From a virus (Duplodnaviria > Caudoviricetes), in IMG/VR virus record IMGVR_UViG_3300044878_000242, positions 1-60,872 of that record: a stretch of 60,872 nucleotides of DNA; one strand, given 5' to 3'. How positions within the stretch are numbered: position 1 is the first letter of the stretch; each line of letters opens with the position of its first letter. This document shows positions 7,632-16,843 of this stretch, in pieces. Position numbers and translations under genes: made by a program. The notes under the pieces were generated by a model. It was not told the origin of the DNA. It saw only the letters and a list, made by a program, of their open reading frames with translations, and did not search any database.

Positions 7632-9218
7632 TTGATTCAAATCTTACTCGGCTATCGCCGCAAGTCGATGGTTCGCAATCGCGCCGATCTCATCAGCCCG
7701 GAGCGTCAGGCCCGCGCCTGCGAACTCTGGGTCGAGATGCACGGCGATCAATACCAAATCGAATGGTATGAGGATATCGAGGGCCATCGCTCCGGCCGCT
7801 GGGAGAAAACCCGGCCCGGCTGGCGCGATCTCCTCACCCAACTGGACCGCCCCGACGTGGCCGGCGTCATCTCCGATACCCTGGATCGGGTCTACCGCAA
7901 CGTCAAAGAATTCGGCGAATTCCTGGACCGGCTCAAGCTCGCCGGCAAAAAACTCATCCTGGTCAAACAATCCATAGATACCGACACCGCCATTGGCCAG
8001 GCCATCACTATGTTTATGATGGTCGTCTACCAGCTCGAATCGGACCAAACCTCAGAGCGGATGACCCGCAACATCAAATACAAGCGCGAGGAGCTGGGCC
8101 GGCATTGGGGACCAACCCCCTTCGGCTGCGAGCGCAACCGCGACGGCCACCTCATCCCCACCACCCGTACCTATCTCCTCAATCCCACCACCGGCGAAGC
8201 TATTCTCCCTCTCCCCCTGGGAGAGGGTTGGGGTGAGGGCCTACCCCCCTCTCCCCTTATGGGGCTGGGGTGGGAAACCCGCCGCTACTACGATGGCCTG
8301 CTCCACGCGGCCCGGCTCTACGCCGAAGGTATACACGGCTTTGATGATGTCGCCGCCATGGCCAACGCCGCCGGCTGGCGCTTCGCCGCTGAAGCCAAAC
8401 AATTCCACCCCCGTCCCTTCACCCGGGACGACATCCGCCGTATTGTCTCCTACTGGCGGCTTTATAAAGGCGAGCTCCCCCTGGGCAACATTACCAACAC
8501 CAAAAACGGGCCGGTCCTCCCCGGAGGCCACCAGCCCATTCTACCCGTCGAACTCTGCGAACAAATCGGCGTCATCAAGGCCAAACGTGGCGGCAACACC
8601 TGGAACCGCGCCGGCGACGACAAGCGCCTCTACATCCTCAGCGATATCGCCCACTGTGTCGTCTGCCAGCGCAAACTCAAGGGTTATTATCAAAACGGCG
8701 TCCGGCTATATCGACACTACGGCGCCAAGCGGGGCTGCCCGGAAAAATGGATCAACGCCGCCGATCTGGAAACCGAAGCAATGAGTAGAATCACCGCCCT
8801 AATCAATAACGAACTCCTGGGCGAGGTGGTCGCCAAGGCGGACAAGCTAACCCGGATTTACTACAGCAACGATACCGCCATCAGCGCCCTGCTCGCCAAC
8901 CTGGATAAGGAACGCCAGCGCCTCACCAAACTGGAAGATGTCTATCTCGACGGCGACATAGACAAAGAGCGCTACCGCCAACGCAAAGCCAGCCTTAGCC
9001 AAACCATCGGCCAAATGGAAGACCAATTCTACACAATCACCCAATCCACCAACCTCCGGCAAATCTACCAACGCCTTATCTCAATGCTCACCAAACTTTC
9101 CACCTCCGAGCCGGAAATGCAAAAAACTATCATCAACAGCTTCATCGAGCGCCTCGACGCCGGCAGCGTCCAAATCGTCCATCTAACCCCCCGCCCCTGG
9201 TGTAAACCATTTTTCTAG
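7632..9218 (+). CDS. Large serine recombinase (integrase)
   Basis: GYRRKS catalytic motif, DTLDRVYRN, recombinase domain, CVVC...C zinc ribbon, C-terminal coiled coil. Confidence 0.92.
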   Translation: MIQILLGYRRKSMVRNRADLISPERQARACELWVEMHGDQYQIEWYEDIEGHRSGRWEKTRPGWRDLLTQLDRPDVAGVISDTLDRVYRNVKEFGEFLDRLKLAGKKLILVKQSIDTDTAIGQAITMFMMVVYQLESDQTSERMTRNIKYKREELGRHWGPTPFGCERNRDGHLIPTTRTYLLNPTTGEAILPLPLGEGWGEGLPPSPLMGLGWETRRYYDGLLHAARLYAEGIHGFDDVAAMANAAGWRFAAEAKQFHPRPFTRDDIRRIVSYWRLYKGELPLGNITNTKNGPVLPGGHQPILPVELCEQIGVIKAKRGGNTWNRAGDDKRLYILSDIAHCVVCQRKLKGYYQNGVRLYRHYGAKRGCPEKWINAADLETEAMSRITALINNELLGEVVAKADKLTRIYYSNDTAISALLANLDKERQRLTKLEDVYLDGDIDKERYRQRKASLSQTIGQMEDQFYTITQSTNLRQIYQRLISMLTKLSTSEPEMQKTIINSFIERLDAGSVQIVHLTPRPWCKPFF

Positions 9219-9295
9219 CCTTGGAGCGTCTTGTTAGCTTCCAAGCCTCTCCCGAGGCATCTACAGGACGCTCCGCGATTGCAATTTGGCTCAAA

Positions 9296-9332
9296 TAAAA
9301 AGACCGGCCCACCTGGGCCGGTCTTGATTTTT
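9296..9332. terminator. Bidirectional terminator
   Basis: AAGACCGGCCC-acct-GGGCCGGTCTT between convergent genes. Confidence 0.7.
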
Positions 9333-9341
9333 ATTAAACAA

Positions 9342-9360
9342 TTGTGCAAATTTTGCACAC
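9342..9360. promoter_or_regulatory. Palindrome TTGTGCAAA-N-TTTGCACAA, copy 1 (others at 10421-10439, 33638-33656, 51784-51800)
   Basis: Four near-identical copies seen. Confidence 0.65.
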
Positions 9361-9696
9361 CTACCCGCCCTTGCTATTCCCGTTTCGGGCCGGCCCCACC
9401 TGGACCGTCTGCGTTTTGTTGTTCAGTTTCACCCCCGCCAAAAAAACAACCTGGCCTACCCACGCCGTGTAATCCTCCCCCAACAGATCGACCAGTCGAT
9501 TCGCCTGGGTTTGATTCACTATCAGCCGCCGCGTGGCATTTTTGAACGCCAGCACCAGCTTCCGCTCCACCTCTTCACTCCCCGGCCTTGGATGCAGTTC
9601 CTCTACCGTCACCTGGGTAATGGTCACATTGTACCCGCTTGCCGGCAGGTGATGCGGTTTTAAATAGAGCACGTACAAATCACTAACGGATGTCAT
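9361..9696 (-). CDS. Putative phage OB-fold/ssDNA-binding protein
   Basis: VTITQVTVEE...KLVLAFK...LIVNQTQA...LGED...WVGQVV pattern typical of small phage SSB-like proteins. Confidence 0.5.
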   Translation of the reverse strand: MTSVSDLYVLYLKPHHLPASGYNVTITQVTVEELHPRPGSEEVERKLVLAFKNATRRLIVNQTQANRLVDLLGEDYTAWVGQVVFLAGVKLNNKTQTVQVGPARNGNSKGG

Positions 9697-9971
9697 GATA
9701 AACCTCCCTCATCCCCGCCGTTCACCCGGTCGAGCGCTTCAGCCGTGGCCCGTGCCGTTGTCTCGATTAGAGACATCCCCAAGAACCTGGTTGCCTGCAT
9801 CTTCCGCCGCCGACCCGACCCCGACCCACTACGGCTCGATCTGGTTTTTCGCTTCTTGGGGTTGGCGGCCAGCCGGATACCGGCCTCCCTATATTTTCGA
9901 TATGCTTCCGGGTCGGCCCCTTCGGGCACCTTGACCCATTCGCCGGTTGAGAGTACAATTTCTGTAGCCAT
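9693..9971 (-). CDS. Hypothetical basic protein
   Basis: Start MATEI after AGGA; coupled to the next gene. Confidence 0.55.
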   Translation of the reverse strand: MATEIVLSTGEWVKVPEGADPEAYRKYREAGIRLAANPKKRKTRSSRSGSGSGRRRKMQATRFLGMSLIETTARATAEALDRVNGGDEGGLS

Positions 9972-10054
9972 AAGATTGCTGCGTCCTTTCTTCTGGTTAG
10001 AGCCGCCCAATTGTCTCACCAATTGAGCGGCTTGTTTTATTGTGTAATACCTAA

Positions 10055-10152
10055 ATTATAACACGTTATTGAGGTTTAGTCAAAGTTGCACGACACATTT
10101 ACGTGTTGTTGTAGTACGCAAACTTGACATTAAGCCGCGCCTATGATACACT
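10055..10152. promoter_or_regulatory. Divergent sigma70 promoter pair
   Basis: Minus TTGACT-17-TATAAT (10083-10055); plus TTGACA-17-TACACT (10124-10152). Confidence 0.7.
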
Positions 10153-10170
10153 GGCAATCAGGAGGTACTC

Positions 10171-10413
10171 ATGGGAAATTCTAAAATCTTAGTCCGGGGC
10201 ACTATCAAAAATCGAATAAACATAATTCTCGCGGAAAGAGATATGTCTATCAAAGACCTGGCCGACCTGGTTGACTACCACTACACTACCATGCAGCGTT
10301 TTTGTAGTGGCAAATATCAAAACATCAACCTGCCCATCATTGCAAAAATTTGTGAAGTGCTGGGGATTCAGCCGGGCGATATTTTAGTATACGTGCCGCC
10401 GGTGGATAGATAA
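10171..10413 (+). CDS. Cro/C1-type HTH transcriptional regulator
   Basis: MSIKDLADLVDYHYTTMQRFCSG...IAKICEVLGIQPGDIL; AGGAGG RBS. Confidence 0.85.
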   Translation: MGNSKILVRGTIKNRINIILAERDMSIKDLADLVDYHYTTMQRFCSGKYQNINLPIIAKICEVLGIQPGDILVYVPPVDR

Positions 10414-10449
10414 AAGATGGTTGTGCAAACTTTGCACAACCATCTTTTT
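10412..10449. terminator. Bidirectional terminator containing the TTGTGCAAA palindrome
   Basis: AAAAGATGGTTGTGCAAA-C-TTTGCACAACCATCTTTT. Confidence 0.7.
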
Positions 10450-10461
10450 AATTACTTATAC

Positions 10462-10488
10462 AGGTCACACAAACAACCTTGTCCCCCC
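10462..10488 (+). repeat. 28-bp motif, copy 3 (right arm 1 nt short)
   Basis: AGGTCACACAA-ACAACC-TTGTCCCCCT. Confidence 0.8.
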
Positions 10489-10527
10489 TACTCCCTACTT
10501 CCTACTCCCTACTCCCTACTCCCTACT

Positions 10528-12075
10528 TCACCCCGTAAATAAACTATAACTCTCCGGCGCTCGCGGTTTTTCCCTCACGTGATAGGCCGCATCCACCATC
10601 AGCATTTCGGACAGCAATAAATCATCATGGCCTTTGTTGTCGGGCACATAGGCCCTCACCCTTTTACCCGGCTTGGTTTCCAGCCGGGCTTGTCCCCGCT
10701 GCCACCAGGCGTGCGCGTCGATGTTGCCTTTTGGGGCCAGCTCTTGAGTTGCCCACTTTAGCGGATCCGCGCCCCCCTCCGCCTGATAATCTCTGATCCG
10801 GCCCCCCTGGGCCATAGCAAAATACTGAAACGCCAGCCGGGTATGGACATTCCACGTTCCCTCAAATTTAATCGCCACCGTCCTGGTTTGTGGTTGCAGC
10901 GCCCGGGCCAGATACGCCGTGCTCACCTCGCCGATGCCGGTAGCGTCAGCGTGCAGTAAGTCCACCCGCCAATCTTCCCCCAGAATTCGATACAGCGCCC
11001 CGTGCAGCGTCGTTGCCGGTACATTCACCCACTCATATCGGGCCAGAATATGCACCACCGGCTCAATAATCCCCTCGGCGATTCGGGCCATCTCCACCCG
11101 GCCGATAGTCAGCGCCACCGAATCCCGCCCGCCGCGATTGCTCAACAGGTTGGCCATACCCGCCTCTTCGTCCGCCCCGGCAAAATCCAACCCGGCCACA
11201 ATTATTGCCTCCATACCTCGCCGCGCCGCCGGGCGATGGCTGCCAACCATCATCATCAACTGTTCCCGTTTGAGGAATCGACCTTGCTCCTCGATGGTGA
11301 GTAGCTTGTATTGCGTTCTGATGAGCGGGTGGTCATCCCCCAGCCGCTCGATCTCCCGGCTCACAAACTCGCCATACCGGGCGTTTTCGTCCGCTACCCG
11401 CTCCCACGGCACCCGAAACGAGGCCCCGTTGATCCGGCCCTCCTCTATCCCGACTTTGACCTGCTCCAGCAGCGTTGTGTCCGTCCAACTCGTTCCGTAA
11501 AACACTGCCGGCGCGCCGGTCGAGGCCCGCATGGGCGCGAATTCCTTATCGTACTTTTCAACGCTAAAATCCTGGGCCTCATCCACCTCCAGCAGCAGGC
11601 TGGCCGTGTCGCCCATCACGTTGGCCGTCGGCCGGCCGCTTAACAGGTTGATCGCCGCCTCGCCGCATTGAATAATATAGCCCTCTTTCCCCTTGAACTT
11701 GAGGAATGGCAGCTTGCGTTCCACCGCCCTGGCTCTGGCTTCCAGCCGCTGTTTGCTGCGCACAATCTGCGGAGACCAGGTGGGCGCGGTCTTCACCATA
11801 ATCCCCCCCCGCCGGCCGTTCCTGGCCAGGATCATTACCTCGATCTGGGCCGACATCTCATTTTTGCCGGCCTGCCTGGACATCTCCACCGATATGTCAG
11901 CCGTTTCTCGATTCTCAACTATCCTGAGAATCCTGTCCGCGATTTCTATTTGATACCGATACAGCGGAACTTTAATAATATCCCGGCTAAATAAATACGC
12001 CGAGGACTGGTAGTCTCTGAACGTCTGCGCCAGGCTACTCATTCTTGTCAGCCGCTGCCCACCACTCCGATTCAA
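10528..12075 (-). CDS. terL: Terminase large subunit
   Basis: Walker A MSRQAGKNE, Walker B LLEVDEAQ, nuclease AGLDFAG and HDDLL. Confidence 0.9.
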   Translation of the reverse strand: MNRSGGQRLTRMSSLAQTFRDYQSSAYLFSRDIIKVPLYRYQIEIADRILRIVENRETADISVEMSRQAGKNEMSAQIEVMILARNGRRGGIMVKTAPTWSPQIVRSKQRLEARARAVERKLPFLKFKGKEGYIIQCGEAAINLLSGRPTANVMGDTASLLLEVDEAQDFSVEKYDKEFAPMRASTGAPAVFYGTSWTDTTLLEQVKVGIEEGRINGASFRVPWERVADENARYGEFVSREIERLGDDHPLIRTQYKLLTIEEQGRFLKREQLMMMVGSHRPAARRGMEAIIVAGLDFAGADEEAGMANLLSNRGGRDSVALTIGRVEMARIAEGIIEPVVHILARYEWVNVPATTLHGALYRILGEDWRVDLLHADATGIGEVSTAYLARALQPQTRTVAIKFEGTWNVHTRLAFQYFAMAQGGRIRDYQAEGGADPLKWATQELAPKGNIDAHAWWQRGQARLETKPGKRVRAYVPDNKGHDDLLLSEMLMVDAAYHVREKPRAPESYSLFTG

Positions 12076-12610
12076 CCCCTTTGGGTGCGCCGGCCCCGTT
12101 CGCCTGCCCGTCGGCCCAGGTCAGAAGCGCATTGGCCGCCGTGATCCGGTCGCTCCCCCGTTGACCGGGGTCCTGCATCACCTTGGCCAACGCGGTCGGC
12201 GCCCTGGTGGCCAGCTTGGCAATAGACCGCCGGCGTATCATCCGAAAGCTCGCCTCGGTCATCGCCGTCTGTTCGTCCATCCAGGCCAGCGCCCGCTCAC
12301 AACACGCCTCAAAGGCCGCTTTGATTGCCGGCCGTTTCGACCACTTTGTATACCAAATCACCTCGGCGCAGGTGTCGTCCAGTCCAAATACGCGCTTAAC
12401 CGGCGTGCCATTGGCCCGGGCAAACGCCAGCTTGATCACCGTGATCCGCTTTTTAGCCGCATGCTCACCTTTAATCGCGGCCAACAACGCCCGGATTTCA
12501 TCGGTCAACCACTCTTCGTATTGATAATCATTGAAGGAACTGTTCGGAGGAGCCGCTGCTCCCGGCTGATCCTCAACCGGCAGCCCTTCACCCTGTGAAT
12601 TTTCGGCCAT
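12035..12610 (-). CDS. Putative terminase small subunit
   Basis: Immediately upstream of and overlapping terL; helical, HTH-like. Confidence 0.6.
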   Translation of the reverse strand: MAENSQGEGLPVEDQPGAAAPPNSSFNDYQYEEWLTDEIRALLAAIKGEHAAKKRITVIKLAFARANGTPVKRVFGLDDTCAEVIWYTKWSKRPAIKAAFEACCERALAWMDEQTAMTEASFRMIRRRSIAKLATRAPTALAKVMQDPGQRGSDRITAANALLTWADGQANGAGAPKGVESEWWAAADKNE

Positions 12611-12722
12611 AGTTTTGTCTTAGTTTGAACTTAATTACTTTTGGGTAGTTTCTTCCATCTTCCACTCACCACCCCGAATGGTTATACGAATATCCCCTTT
12701 AGTAATTACTAATTACTAATTA

Positions 12723-14303
12723 CTAACCCCCATAATGCCCCGCGTTGGTCGGCCAATTATTGTCCAGCCCGCGTTTGCGCTGGGCCAAATACATCTCGAG
12801 CCGGTCCGGCAGCAGATCAGTTCTTAGCCTGGCTCGATGCGCTTCAAAATCATAATCCACCTCGCCCAAAAAAAACGTCTCGCCGGTGGGCAACCATAAC
12901 AGCCGTTCTCCGGCCCGTATCTGGCTAACCGGGACCATGGCCCCGCCTTTAGTTGGAATCGAGCCGGCGATCTCGAACTCCCCCTTTGTTTTAGGATTCG
13001 CATATCGCCGTAAAAATGATTGCCCAATTGCATCAGCCAGCGCCGCATCGCCTGAACCTATGTCGATATCCATATCTCTTTGCCCATATTGGGCCACACT
13101 GGCGGCGTCCGTCAGGTTGGTATTTTCGTAGGGCGTCCGGTACCTCACCACCGCTTTTTCGTCAACGTACCTTACCGCGATCCAGTTAGATAGCGCCTCC
13201 CGGCTGCTCGGTGATAGACTGTATTTTGTCAGCCCTTTTACTGTCCGTGGATCGAGTTTATATTCATAATCCGCCGTGCTATAAAGCTTTGTTTCGGCCT
13301 GGGGCAATCGGTCGCTGCTGCTGCCCCCATCCCACACGGCAAACCCCCATTGATTAAGCGAGGCGTCCCCAAATTCCAAAATGTCCTCAATCATAGATAA
13401 GGCGTTCTGGAACCCGTCGCCTCGGCTTATAAACGGGATCAATGTCTGCCCCGGATCAGCGATAAGCGAATAGTCATTGCTGATAAACTCACCGGCCAAA
13501 TTTAACACCGTCTGGACCATCCCCCCCTGGGTATTCGCCGTGCTCCCGTACACTGTCAAAGCGGATATGTCTATCCAGTCGTTCTGATCAAACGTATTGG
13601 CATCCTGGGGCGACAGCCTGAACCGCATCAACGTGGATGACGCGCCGCTAAAATTAACCGTTACGTCTACCGGCCCGGCGGTACTGCTGTTAAGCTGCCA
13701 CTGGATGACCCCGTTCCCGTCTATCAGGCGAACTGCTATTATCTCGCCCGTCCTGATTTGGTAAGTGAACGTCACCCGTACAATCGGGTTGTTGGCCGGC
13801 ATAACATATTCCTGCCAATGATAATTAGTCGGGCTGATCACCGTATCAATGGCCGCCATTCGCATTTTGATTCTATTGTCGCGCTTTTCAACGACTGCCA
13901 CGTTTTGATCGGCGTAGACGTAGGTGAGTTGGCTATCCGGCCAGGTTAGCCGGTTGATGGCATTGTCTTCGGCGAATCTATACCGCAGCTTTCGATCCTT
14001 TAGCGAGGTCACCCAACCCAGCGCCTCTATCATTACGCTCTGCTCCGGCCCTGATAGCATGCGCTCCGGGTCTTCCAGCCGGCCCTGGTACACAATATAC
14101 TCACCATCCTTAACAATGACCTCATCCCCGCCGCCATAGACAATTTCTTTGAGTACATCACGCTTAACCACACCCGAATATTGCCCAAACCCGCCCGGCC
14201 AGCGCGAGCCGCAGCGTTGGCCGGTCAACCATTTGCTATCCCGAAAGAACGGATCGCTGATCTGGGTGCCGTTAAATTGCCGGAAATAGGTTTGAATGGT
14301 CAT
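12723..14303 (-). CDS. Tail/baseplate hub protein
   Basis: Position in the tail module; ASVAQYGQR and IRAGERL motifs typical of tail-tip hub proteins. Confidence 0.65.
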   Translation of the reverse strand: MTIQTYFRQFNGTQISDPFFRDSKWLTGQRCGSRWPGGFGQYSGVVKRDVLKEIVYGGGDEVIVKDGEYIVYQGRLEDPERMLSGPEQSVMIEALGWVTSLKDRKLRYRFAEDNAINRLTWPDSQLTYVYADQNVAVVEKRDNRIKMRMAAIDTVISPTNYHWQEYVMPANNPIVRVTFTYQIRTGEIIAVRLIDGNGVIQWQLNSSTAGPVDVTVNFSGASSTLMRFRLSPQDANTFDQNDWIDISALTVYGSTANTQGGMVQTVLNLAGEFISNDYSLIADPGQTLIPFISRGDGFQNALSMIEDILEFGDASLNQWGFAVWDGGSSSDRLPQAETKLYSTADYEYKLDPRTVKGLTKYSLSPSSREALSNWIAVRYVDEKAVVRYRTPYENTNLTDAASVAQYGQRDMDIDIGSGDAALADAIGQSFLRRYANPKTKGEFEIAGSIPTKGGAMVPVSQIRAGERLLWLPTGETFFLGEVDYDFEAHRARLRTDLLPDRLEMYLAQRKRGLDNNWPTNAGHYGG

Positions 14304-16843
14304 TAGTCGGTGTACCGGGGAGTAATGGTCAGACGGGGAATTCCAATAACATTAGAAGGCGCCGGGGCAACCTGGGTATCATCATAATAAATTATCATCA
14401 AAATGTTTTGCAATCCCGGCCATGCCCGTAATGGCGGACCCTCACGATTGTAGAGCTTTGACATGGCCCCGTCGATCTCGGCCTGAGCCAGATTATCACT
14501 TATATGCAGGCTTTCGGGTTGGGGCGTAGCTGCACTCCCGTAAATATTTGATAGATAATCCTTTGGGATCAATACCATGTAATCAAACCTGAGTGTTACG
14601 TTAGCTGTTGCCCGTTCGATGTACGCGCCCCACGTAATGGCGCTTTGCCCCTCATCCTCAATAGAAATCTCCCCAAGATAATTAAGCCCGGATAACACCG
14701 TATTAATCAATCTTCGTTTTCCAAGCACCTTGCCATATGTATTTGGTGATCCAACGAACGTGTTACCAGGCAAGCTGGAGTAAAACGGCGTTGCGTAAAA
14801 AGCCACAGATGTTACCGGAAGAAAAAATTTGACGAACAACGCGTAAGTGCCTTTTAATATTCTCGCTGCCTCCTCATCATCATTGAAAACATTAGATTGA
14901 ATCAGGTAGCCAGTGGGGGCAAACGTGTTAAGGGTAATTAAACTGTATGTGTCCCAAGTCGCATCTGGGTCATTTCGTTGCGCCCCGACGGACCCAAACG
15001 ATAATTCTGACCAATGTAATCGGCCATTGTCTCTATAGCAAGATTCCGGCCATAAACCTACCCGAAAGCCGTGAGGCTGAGACGGTGAGGGAATTTGCTC
15101 GGTCTGAAAAGTCAGCGATAGATCAACTATCGCCGGCGCTGTTCCCGATACAGTCAACACCCCATAGTTTTTAGAAATCGGGTTATACACGTCGCTCAAA
15201 TCGCCGTCTATCATGCCGTAAATGTAGCCTGAGCTTAATTGCAGCGTTATGGGCAGCTCAACTATGCCCGCCGCCTTTCTTACGTTTTGCATTGTGTACA
15301 ACGCGGTTATTTCTGCCTGTCCCAACGCGTAACCGTCCCAAACTTTAAGCATATCCAGGGCATATTGCCCTGTTGCTACCTCGGTTTGAGTTATCCCGGC
15401 AGCATAAAACACATTGGTCCCGGTCAGTGTGAAATACGGGCATTCCACACTCCCCACACTGACCCCGTTGAGATACAACCTTAATGTCGTACCAGATTGG
15501 GTCAGCGTAAAGTGCAGCGTCTCTCCGTAGGTTATATTCCGGCTGTAATTAAATGAGTAATTCGTGCCTCCTACGTTCTTTAATACGGTAAACCGGCGAT
15601 TGGTCCGGTCATAGTAGCATCGAAACATATTTTGTAGATTAAATCCGGACGCCTGGGCGATATACCTTACGAATGGCACCACGCCAATCCCAGCATAGGT
15701 GACATTACTCTCAAATAAAAATGTCACCATAAACGAAATGCTAAAATCGCCCATCAAATCCAGGGCTTTGAGCTGGGCGCTCATTGATTGCCCAACGACT
15801 GAATGAGTTCTATTCGTTGTCCTTCTACGCGGCGTTGCGCCTGCCCATGCCGCGCCCGGCATGTCGCCGGAAATGTAAACTGGTGGCATGTTGTCGTTTG
15901 GAGTAGTACACATCACCACGCTCTGCAAATTGATAATGGTGTTGGCGGCAATCCTGATTCCAATCGTCACAATATTGCTGGCGCTGAATATCCCAAACGC
16001 TGAGTACCAATCCGTAAACGGTAACTGCACGAATCGAACCCCGCTAATCACTCCTCCACCCGCCAGCAGGGTCAATTGACTGGCGCTAACTGCCCCGCCG
16101 TCATTCCGCCGGCAAATTACTCCCAGACTATAATCTCTAGGTGTTGCATCTCCCGTGTCAACAGCCTGGGTGATGTCCAATGCTCCGGCGGTGTAGTTGC
16201 TAAATCTGGCGCTCTTGGTGTTGTTGACGCGATAAACTGTCTGATCAGTCACCCCGGATAGCGCCAACGGGATGGTCCAGCCGTCGCCAAAATTCGCAGT
16301 GTAAACAAAATCCGGGTTGTCAATCAGATTACTGTAGGCCCGCGTCACCAGAAATCCGGCATCGTTTTTTACATCAACCGTGCAGTTGAACGCCGGCTGG
16401 GGCACCCCTTCAGCCAAAGGTTTGGCCGTGATTCTGGCCACAATCGCCTCAACCACATTGCCCCGGGCCAGATCATAAAGGGTTTCCGGCAATTGCGGCT
16501 CCAAATCTATCAGCTCGTAATACCGGCTCCACTCCCCAATAATCGGGTCTGGCACGTCATCCAGCCCATCAGGCATCCGGTATTTGAACCGGACCAGCTC
16601 GCCAATACCCTTTTCAGCCCGCAGCCGCACCTGTTCGCTCATGATAGCTATCTGATCCTGCGCCGCCTGTAAATCCAACACGTTGTCGCCCAGCGTGGTA
16701 TAAACAACCTCAAACACGGCGTTGCCCCGGCTGCTGCCCACCCGCCGCTCGCCATCATAGAGTACCGATACGCCGCTGTAGGCTATATTCGCGTTGCCGT
16801 GGGTAGGTTTAAACCCACCTTTTCTGATGTATAGTTTGCCCAC
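14303..16843 (-). CDS. Minor tail protein with carbohydrate-binding and LamG-like domains
   Basis: NLIDNPDF CBM-like start, HFTLTQSGTTLRLYLNG LamG motif; coupled to its neighbours. Confidence 0.65.
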   Translation of the reverse strand: MGKLYIRKGGFKPTHGNANIAYSGVSVLYDGERRVGSSRGNAVFEVVYTTLGDNVLDLQAAQDQIAIMSEQVRLRAEKGIGELVRFKYRMPDGLDDVPDPIIGEWSRYYELIDLEPQLPETLYDLARGNVVEAIVARITAKPLAEGVPQPAFNCTVDVKNDAGFLVTRAYSNLIDNPDFVYTANFGDGWTIPLALSGVTDQTVYRVNNTKSARFSNYTAGALDITQAVDTGDATPRDYSLGVICRRNDGGAVSASQLTLLAGGGVISGVRFVQLPFTDWYSAFGIFSASNIVTIGIRIAANTIINLQSVVMCTTPNDNMPPVYISGDMPGAAWAGATPRRRTTNRTHSVVGQSMSAQLKALDLMGDFSISFMVTFLFESNVTYAGIGVVPFVRYIAQASGFNLQNMFRCYYDRTNRRFTVLKNVGGTNYSFNYSRNITYGETLHFTLTQSGTTLRLYLNGVSVGSVECPYFTLTGTNVFYAAGITQTEVATGQYALDMLKVWDGYALGQAEITALYTMQNVRKAAGIVELPITLQLSSGYIYGMIDGDLSDVYNPISKNYGVLTVSGTAPAIVDLSLTFQTEQIPSPSQPHGFRVGLWPESCYRDNGRLHWSELSFGSVGAQRNDPDATWDTYSLITLNTFAPTGYLIQSNVFNDDEEAARILKGTYALFVKFFLPVTSVAFYATPFYSSLPGNTFVGSPNTYGKVLGKRRLINTVLSGLNYLGEISIEDEGQSAITWGAYIERATANVTLRFDYMVLIPKDYLSNIYGSAATPQPESLHISDNLAQAEIDGAMSKLYNREGPPLRAWPGLQNILMIIYYDDTQVAPAPSNVIGIPRLTITPRYTD

